From: Mycolicibacterium smegmatis
Lineage (GTDB): Bacteria > Actinomycetota > Actinomycetes > Mycobacteriales > Mycobacteriaceae
Assembly (NCBI RefSeq): GCF_001457595.1
Contig: NZ_LN831039.1
Span: forward strand, 4,020,001-4,052,000
Direction of reading: 5' to 3'
Length of the DNA: 32,000 nt
Shown: positions 29,839-32,000 of the stretch, in pieces
How positions within the stretch are numbered: position 1 is the first letter of the stretch
Layout of the letters: each line of letters begins with the position of its first letter
Translations under genes and position numbers: made by a program
The notes under the pieces: generated by a model
The model's input: only the letters and a program-made list of their open reading frames with translations
The model's database searches: none
What the model was told of the DNA's origin: nothing

Positions 29839-29918
29839 GAAAAAAATCCTCCGATGGAATCGGTTGATCAAACAGGTTGAGATATAACGGGTTTCGAGAT
29901 CTGCGGCGCAGTAACGCC

Positions 29919-30452
29919 TCAGACCCCGATCGGTCCGATCCGCAGGATCGGCTCGTCCTCGTGCGCGCCGTCGGCGGCGAGGAGTTCGGAATCGAAATGA
30001 GGCCGCTCGATGAGCGGGACGCCGTGACGACGGGCGAACGCGCCGAAGAACGCGCGTGATGCGGCGTTACCCGGGGACACGGTGGCCTCCACTGTGATCG
30101 GTCGCCCACCGCGATCGGAGCGCACGCGCTGCACCAGATCGTCGATCATCGCGCTGGCCAGCCCTGTGCCCTGCGCGCTGGGCGCCACCGCGACCTGCCA
30201 GACGAACAACACGTCCGGCCGTGGCGGCGGGTGGTAACCAGTGATGAAACCCTGCAGGTCACCATCACATTCGGCGACGATCGACGTCGCGGAAAAATCC
30301 GTCGCCAGCAAAAGATAGGCGTAAGTGGAATTCAGATCGAGCACTTCCGTGGCCTCCGCGATGTCACGGATGCCGATTGCGTCGTCGCCCTGCGGCGGAC
30401 GCAAATTCAGGGTCCGGGATTTGCGCCCCGGCGCGCTTTCCAGAACATGCAT
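29919..30452 (-). CDS. ectA: L-2,4-diaminobutyrate acetyltransferase EctA (GNAT)
   Basis: [10 protein letters not shown] and [20 protein letters not shown] are typical of EctA, and it is the first gene of the ectABCD order. There is no clear SD before the ATG at 30452, so the start is somewhat uncertain. Confidence 0.85.
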   Translation of the reverse strand: MHVLESAPGRKSRTLNLRPPQGDDAIGIRDIAEATEVLDLNSTYAYLLLATDFSATSIVAECDGDLQGFITGYHPPPRPDVLFVWQVAVAPSAQGTGLASAMIDDLVQRVRSDRGGRPITVEATVSPGNAASRAFFGAFARRHGVPLIERPHFDSELLAADGAHEDEPILRIGPIGV

Positions 30453-30771
30453 ATCGAGTTGAAACTCACCACCGAACAGTTAGCGAACATCGTCAGTACA
30501 AGTCATCGGTGCCATGAACCGTAATCACATCGGGACAGCAGGATCAACCACCCCAAACGCGTTCCTCGGCGGAATCCGCGTCGCCACATGATGTTTGATC
30601 TGCGGTTATGTCGCGTTTCCACGCGCGGTGAACAAGATCGCCGTCGTTATCGAATCGTTATATTCGCACGACCGTACTACTTCTGGACGCCCGCCGGATA
30701 TCGTGGGATTTGTCACCGAAAAGCGCCGGGCAACGGTGTTTGACGTTGCGCTGCGGGGGTATGAGCCAGCA

Positions 30772-30836
30772 CCGCGAGCGTGCGTGTCTGCTGCTGAAAA
30801 TACGGCGCGTCGGCAACATTTTGCGCACGCTCGCGG
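30772..30836. repeat. Long inverted repeat (hairpin A) in the ectA-mpa gene-less interval
   Basis: CCGCGAGCGTGCG (30772-30784) is the exact reverse complement of CGCACGCTCGCGG (30824-30836). The 39-nt interior contains CTGCTGCTG and an AAAAT/ATTTT sub-stem. Its arms share a 10-nt core with the hairpin at 31342-31406. Confidence 0.7.
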
Positions 30837-31341
30837 CCGATGAGAGTGCGCGATCATCGCGATTTTCGACAGCGTCAGAATTTGCCGACGAGGGTGAGGG
30901 CGACGTTGCCCGAATGACGTGTCAGTGTCGCGAGCTCCACGCGCACGCAGATTCGCTCGTGACACGGGCATCCCCGACGGGTCGCACCCTGGGATGGGAT
31001 ACGTTGGGCGACCGGGTGTTTCGTGAGCGGTGGGGAGGACGGAATCACGGGCGCACCCGGATACCCCGGTCTTTCCGGTGAGGCAGGCAACGCCATGGCC
31101 GGACGCGCAGTGGCCGGCTCACGGCCACCCGGTGCCGAATCTGGCCGCGTTCGACGCGGCTCCTGGACGGCTCACGGGACGAGCGCACGCTGCGCGCGCT
31201 ACCAACCCGGACCCAGCGCGATGGCCCTGAGACACGTCAGCGCCGGCGCGATCGCCATGGTCGACGCCGACGGACTCGCGGTCGCGAAGCTTGCTCGTCG
31301 GGCAGTTCATCGAGAACTTGGACCGCCTTGCCTTGAATAGC

Positions 31342-31406
31342 CCACGAGCGTGCGCGAACTGCTGACGAATCCCGGCGTGCCGGGCAGCAGACGCGCACGC
31401 TCGTGG
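31342..31406 (-). terminator. Extended hairpin 14 nt downstream of the mpa stop; candidate factor-independent terminator without a U-tract
   Basis: CCACGAGCGTGCGCG (31342-31356) pairs with CGCGCACGCTCGTGG (31392-31406). Inside, CTGCTG (31359-31364) pairs with CAGCAG (31385-31390), and CCCGG with CCGGG around a 4-nt loop. No T-run follows on the minus strand. Confidence 0.5.
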
Positions 31407-31419
31407 TGCAGCGCGGGTC

Positions 31420-32000
31420 CTACAGGTACTGGCCCAGGTTGCTCTCGGTGTCGATGGCGCGGCTGGCGCTCGACGACTTGCCGGTGACGAGCGTGCGGAT
31501 GTAGACGATCCGCTCGCCCTTCTTGCCCGAGATCCGGGCCCAGTCATCGGGATTGGTCGTGTTGGGCAGGTCCTCGTTCTCGGCGAACTCGTCGACGATC
31601 GAGTCCAGCAGGTGCTGGATCCGCAGACCCTTCTGACCGGTCTCCAGCACCGACTTGATCGCGTACTTCTTGGCCCGGTCGACGACGTTCTGGATCATCG
31701 CGCCCGAGTTGAAGTCCTTGAAGTACATGACCTCTTTGTCGCCGTTGGCGTAGGTCACCTCGAGGAACCGGTTGTCGTCGATCTCGGCGTACATCCGGTC
31801 GACGACCTTCTCGATCATCGCCTTGATGCACAGCGCACGGTCACCGTTGAACTCCGTGAGATCGTCGGCGTGCACCGGCAGGTCCTCGGTGAGGTACTTG
31901 CTGAAGATGTCCTGCGCGGCCTCAGCATCCGGACGCTCGATCTTGATCTTGACGTCCAGGCGGCCGGGCCGCAGGATCGCCGGATCGATCATGTCCTCGC
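31420..32000 (-). CDS. mpa: Mycobacterial proteasome ATPase Mpa (ARC), C-terminal part; the gene continues beyond the window edge
   Basis: The AAA+ C-terminal region ([17 protein letters not shown]) ends in NLGQYL, the proteasome-docking GQYL tail. The frame stays open to position 32000. Confidence 0.9.
   Translation of the reverse strand, partial: EDMIDPAILRPGRLDVKIKIERPDAEAAQDIFSKYLTEDLPVHADDLTEFNGDRALCIKAMIEKVVDRMYAEIDDNRFLEVTYANGDKEVMYFKDFNSGAMIQNVVDRAKKYAIKSVLETGQKGLRIQHLLDSIVDEFAENEDLPNTTNPDDWARISGKKGERIVYIRTLVTGKSSSASRAIDTESNLGQYL

Noticed and set aside
162-29880. Many long ORFs opposite to or out of frame with the called genes. Examples are 162..1241(-), 1130..2125(-), 2864..4231(-), 4467..5105(-), 5144..6037(-), 6974..7801(+), 8294..9718(+), 10177..11400(+), 13041..14528(+), 14592..16499(+), 17848..18699(-), 20978..22129(-), 22652..23770(+), 25664..27148(+), 27185..28174(+) and 28189..29880(+).
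   Set aside because: These are shadow ORFs, typical of DNA that is about two-thirds GC, where stop codons are rare in alternative frames. Their products are Arg/Gly/Ala/Pro-rich low-complexity strings without recognisable motifs. Each is fully covered by a gene on the other strand or frame that has clear family signatures.
27200-31419. ectABCD plus its upstream spacer as a recently acquired mobile island.
   Set aside because: There is no integrase, transposase or tRNA. I found no flanking direct repeats. The coding GC and codon style look like those of the neighbours, and the dop-side junction is only 9 nt. Insertion relative to M. tuberculosis is likely but not demonstrably recent or mobile.
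30595-31547. Five overlapping ORFs of 73-142 aa in the ectA-mpa interval, plus a 28-codon minus-strand sORF (MWRRGFRRGTRLGWLILLSRCDYGSWHR).
   Set aside because: They are mutually overlapping and Arg-rich. GC3 by hand count is only about 70-76 percent, close to bulk GC rather than the coding level. None has a ribosome-binding site or a recognisable motif. A decayed pseudogene cannot be excluded without a blastx search.

Overview
High-GC actinobacterial chromosome. Gene content and order match the Mycobacterium tuberculosis Rv2064-Rv2115c region. The presence of ectABCD points to a fast-growing mycobacterium of the Mycolicibacterium smegmatis type; this assignment comes from my recall of synteny, not from a search.

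I can support 34 protein-coding genes. (1) An aerobic cobalamin (cob) cluster lies in two blocks, cobG-cobH-cobIJ on + and cobL-cobM-cobK on -, separated by a TetR regulator plus kinase-like cassette. (2) A housekeeping stretch follows: SDR, F420/PPOX-fold protein, M24 dipeptidase, VOC protein, 5'-3' exonuclease and a P/Q-rich membrane protein. (3) A tightly packed minus-strand array runs pafA-pafB-pafC-tatA-tatC-helY. (4) A three-gene + strand insert encodes an alpha/beta hydrolase, an anchored hypothetical protein and a PrsW-like intramembrane protease. (5) The Pup-proteasome core (prcA, prcB, pup, dop) is present, with ectABCD wedged between dop and the 3' end of mpa.

I found no tRNA, rRNA, CRISPR array, transposase or integrase. 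Most long ORFs in the track that lie opposite or out of frame with these genes are typical high-GC shadow ORFs.

I do not see a clear novel multi-gene system. The least explained parts are: the roughly 970-nt gene-less, lower-GC interval between ectA and mpa, which carries two long hairpins sharing the same 10-nt arms; the PrsW-like module converging on prcA; a nested inverted-repeat leader upstream of the TauD-like gene; and the 9-nt junction joining the ectoine genes to dop.
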